Source of the DNA: Clostridia bacterium
GTDB taxonomy: Bacteria; Bacillota; Clostridia; Christensenellales; UBA1242
NCBI GenBank assembly: GCA_017501645.1
Contig: JAFVWN010000062.1
Location: 2,980 to 66,979 of the forward strand
DNA length: 64,000 nt
Direction of reading: 5' to 3'
In this document: positions 61,899 to 64,000 of the stretch, in pieces
How the letters are laid out: every line of letters starts with the position of its first letter
Numbering within the stretch: position 1 is the stretch's first letter
Made by a program: the position numbers and the translations under genes
The notes under the pieces: model-generated
Databases searched by the model: none
Told to the model about the DNA's origin: nothing
The model's input: the letters and a program-made list of their open reading frames with translations, nothing else

Positions 61899-64000
61899 AC
61901 TCAATTTCCTCTTCAGTAAGTTGTAGTTTTCTTGATGAATTTTTGTCATTATAAAGTCTTTCGATTTGCTTCTTTTGAACTTCGCCAAGTGGGTAGAGTT
62001 TCATAAGTTGTTCGTCAAGGTCTTGGTCAAAAGAGAAGTGGTGGCTAACACCTTTGGCTTCAAGAGTGTTTTTGAATTGTCTAGCAAAATTAGCGGAAGC
62101 ATTGTAAACACCAATGTTTGTTCCATAAATAAAGTTTGCCATTGTTCTTGCGTAAACTTTTGATTCACGAGTAAAGTAATTTCTGTCCAAAAATTCTTCA
62201 ACAGGCTCGCCGTTAATCATATTGAGCATAAATCTAAGTTTTACTGAGTTTTCATTAACGGCAATAGCACTTGGGTGTGATAAAATTTCTTCTTTTGTAA
62301 AGATTGTTTTGAGTTTCTTTAGTTTTGAAGATAGTTTATCAGTAGAATCAGTATAAAGCCTTTTGCATCTAATAAGTGCATTTGTAACTTGAGGGAATGG
62401 AGAGTTGAGCTCTTGAGCAATTATACAAGCCCTCTTATAGATTTCTTCTTTATTTCTTCCAATCATTTCAGGGGCTTTTGTTAAAACCTCTTTAATTTGT
62501 TCGTCAGAGAACAATAAATATTCTTTACAGTAAGTTCTAAAATCTTCAATTGCCTCAATAGTTCTGTTTGCAAGTGAAATATCTGTTCTTAAAGCTTTTG
62601 CAAATTCCTTATCTGTAAAACCATAGTCTTGAATAAATGTTTCTCTTAAAGATTGAAGGTCTTTAGGGTTGATCGCAAGAAGTTCAGGATAAACAGCAAC
62701 TGCTTTTTCAAGCTCTGTAATTGAACAACCAAAGATTTCCATAAGTTCAGTCTTTCTATCACTTGGTATTTCTTCAAAACTTTTAGCAGGAACAAAAGAT
62801 TCTTCAATTATCTTTTCTTGAGGCTCTGCGATTGTTTGTTTTGCGTCAGTAACTTTATCTTTTTCTGTTGTAACAGACTCACCATTGCTTAAATCTGGAT
62901 TAACTGTTCTTTGGGCTTGTTGAGAGTATAGTCTAAATGACTTTTTCCATTTGTAACCATTAGCAAGTTCTTGGTTGTAAAGTTCATCAATTTCAGCAAG
63001 TGCTTGCTCGTCAAGAGGATACTTAGCCATAAGTTCTTCAGTTCTTAAACCAGTTTCGTTTCTAAAGACTTCTTCTTCAATATAGTATTTATTAAAGTCT
63101 GTTAATCCGTTTTTATTAGCTTGCATTCTTGCCCATACAGCAGCCTCGTTATTTCTGCAAGCACCTCTAACAAATGTGTCGCTATAAATATGGTTAACAA
63201 AAGCAAGTTTAATTTTTGTTTCAGTTCTGTTTTGGTTGCCTCTAAGAATTATGAAGTTTTGTGCAAGGTCATCAAGAGTTAAACCATATTTACCATAAGT
63301 ATCAATCTTTTCCGCCACCTTTTTTGCAACAAATTCTGGGACAGGAAGTGGTAAAAACTTTACAAAAGAAGCAAGATGCTTTTCTTCAAGAGGTGTAATT
63401 GTTAAAAGGTTTTCTTTGCTTTCATATAATTGTTCTTCAGTGCAAGAAAGGATATCTGTTGAATAATTTAGTTTTTTATCAAACTCTGTTTGAGATAAGC
63501 CAAATATTTCTTCGCAAAGTGCTTGTCTTTCGGCAATAAAAGTTGGTTCATATTCATAAGTATTAGAGTAATATGATGGTTTTCTAACATCTGGTTGTGT
63601 TTGAATAGTTTCTGTAGTGCTTTCATTTAAAGAACTTGTTTCATTAGTTGAAACTTGAGTTTGTTCATTGTTTACAAGAGCAGTTTCTTTTGCTTGTGTA
63701 GGTCTAATTCTTGAATACATTGTTTTTTGATTGTTGCTAGAAGATGTTTCTTTTTGAATCTCTTGAACTTCTTGGTTTTCTTCAGTGGTAAACTCTTGAT
63801 GTTCGTTAAAAAATGTTGCAAAAGGGGTGTTTCTTACAGCCTCGCCAGAAGAGTATACAATATCAGTACGAGGTTCAAGATTGCTAACTGCTGTGCGAAT
63901 TTTTGGTTTATTACTTAAAGAAGAGTTGTCCCTAGCGTAGATAGCTCTTATTTTTTCTTTAAGTTCCAACTTTCTTGGGTCTACAGGTCTTTTTCTTTTT
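61888..64000 (-). CDS. At least 693-aa protein: disordered N-region plus a long array of ~35-aa helical repeats (mTERF-like pattern, tentative). Probably continues beyond the window.
   Basis: The frame stays open to position 64000 upstream of the TTG at 63969. Repeats such as FG(L/C)S..E..K......P..L......L. Confidence 0.6.
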   Translation of the reverse strand, partial: KRKRPVDPRKLELKEKIRAIYARDNSSLSNKPKIRTAVSNLEPRTDIVYSSGEAVRNTPFATFFNEHQEFTTEENQEVQEIQKETSSSNNQKTMYSRIRPTQAKETALVNNEQTQVSTNETSSLNESTTETIQTQPDVRKPSYYSNTYEYEPTFIAERQALCEEIFGLSQTEFDKKLNYSTDILSCTEEQLYESKENLLTITPLEEKHLASFVKFLPLPVPEFVAKKVAEKIDTYGKYGLTLDDLAQNFIILRGNQNRTETKIKLAFVNHIYSDTFVRGACRNNEAAVWARMQANKNGLTDFNKYYIEEEVFRNETGLRTEELMAKYPLDEQALAEIDELYNQELANGYKWKKSFRLYSQQAQRTVNPDLSNGESVTTEKDKVTDAKQTIAEPQEKIIEESFVPAKSFEEIPSDRKTELMEIFGCSITELEKAVAVYPELLAINPKDLQSLRETFIQDYGFTDKEFAKALRTDISLANRTIEAIEDFRTYCKEYLLFSDEQIKEVLTKAPEMIGRNKEEIYKRACIIAQELNSPFPQVTNALIRCKRLYTDSTDKLSSKLKKLKTIFTKEEILSHPSAIAVNENSVKLRFMLNMINGEPVEEFLDRNYFTRESKVYARTMANFIYGTNIGVYNASANFARQFKNTLEAKGVSHHFSFDQDLDEQLMKLYPLGEVQKKQIERLYNDKNSSRKLQLTEEEIEYGK

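Noticed and set aside
1-64000. CRISPR arrays, rRNA genes, IS elements/transposases, toxin-antitoxin pairs
   Set aside because: I scanned for regularly spaced repeats, rRNA-like conserved blocks, DDE/serine-recombinase motifs and small paired ORFs and found nothing convincing. The only recombinase is the tRNA-Tyr integrase.

Overview
Low-GC (about 30-33%) chromosome segment from a sporulating Firmicute (Clostridia-like). It carries spoIIAA-spoIIAB-sigF, spoVAC/D/E and yunB alongside housekeeping genes (gpsA, an ABC-F ATPase, a cysteine desulfurase with thiI, argS, queH, cmk, an ArsR/P-type metal ATPase pair, NfeD/SPFH). There are seven tRNA genes. Four things stand out. (1) A 12.9-kb element is integrated into tRNA-Tyr. 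It is bounded by a 54-bp direct repeat of the tRNA 3' half and carries a tyrosine integrase, an XRE repressor, a large signal-peptide/C-terminal-anchor surface protein, several tiny membrane proteins and a Zot/pI-like P-loop ATPase. No capsid, portal, terminase or tail genes were recognised, so I read it as an inovirus-like (filamentous) prophage. (2) Its early leader holds three copies of a roughly 45-nt motif that can fold as an H-type pseudoknot, with compensatory base changes between copies. (3) Two very large paralogous surface-lipoprotein genes are each preceded by the same ~165-bp cassette. In it an uninterrupted G12 or G13 run lies between a perfect TTGACA and an A/T-rich -10-like box, which makes it a candidate slipped-strand phase-variation switch. 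(4) A stand-alone NRPS-type condensation-domain protein is paired with a carrier protein and has no adenylation partner. Smaller oddities include a 159-bp tandem duplication carrying a 5' fragment of tRNA-Thr, several domain fusions and a helical-repeat gene pair at the right edge. No CRISPR array, rRNA gene or reverse transcriptase was seen. All functional calls come from motif reading by eye and have not been checked by database search.
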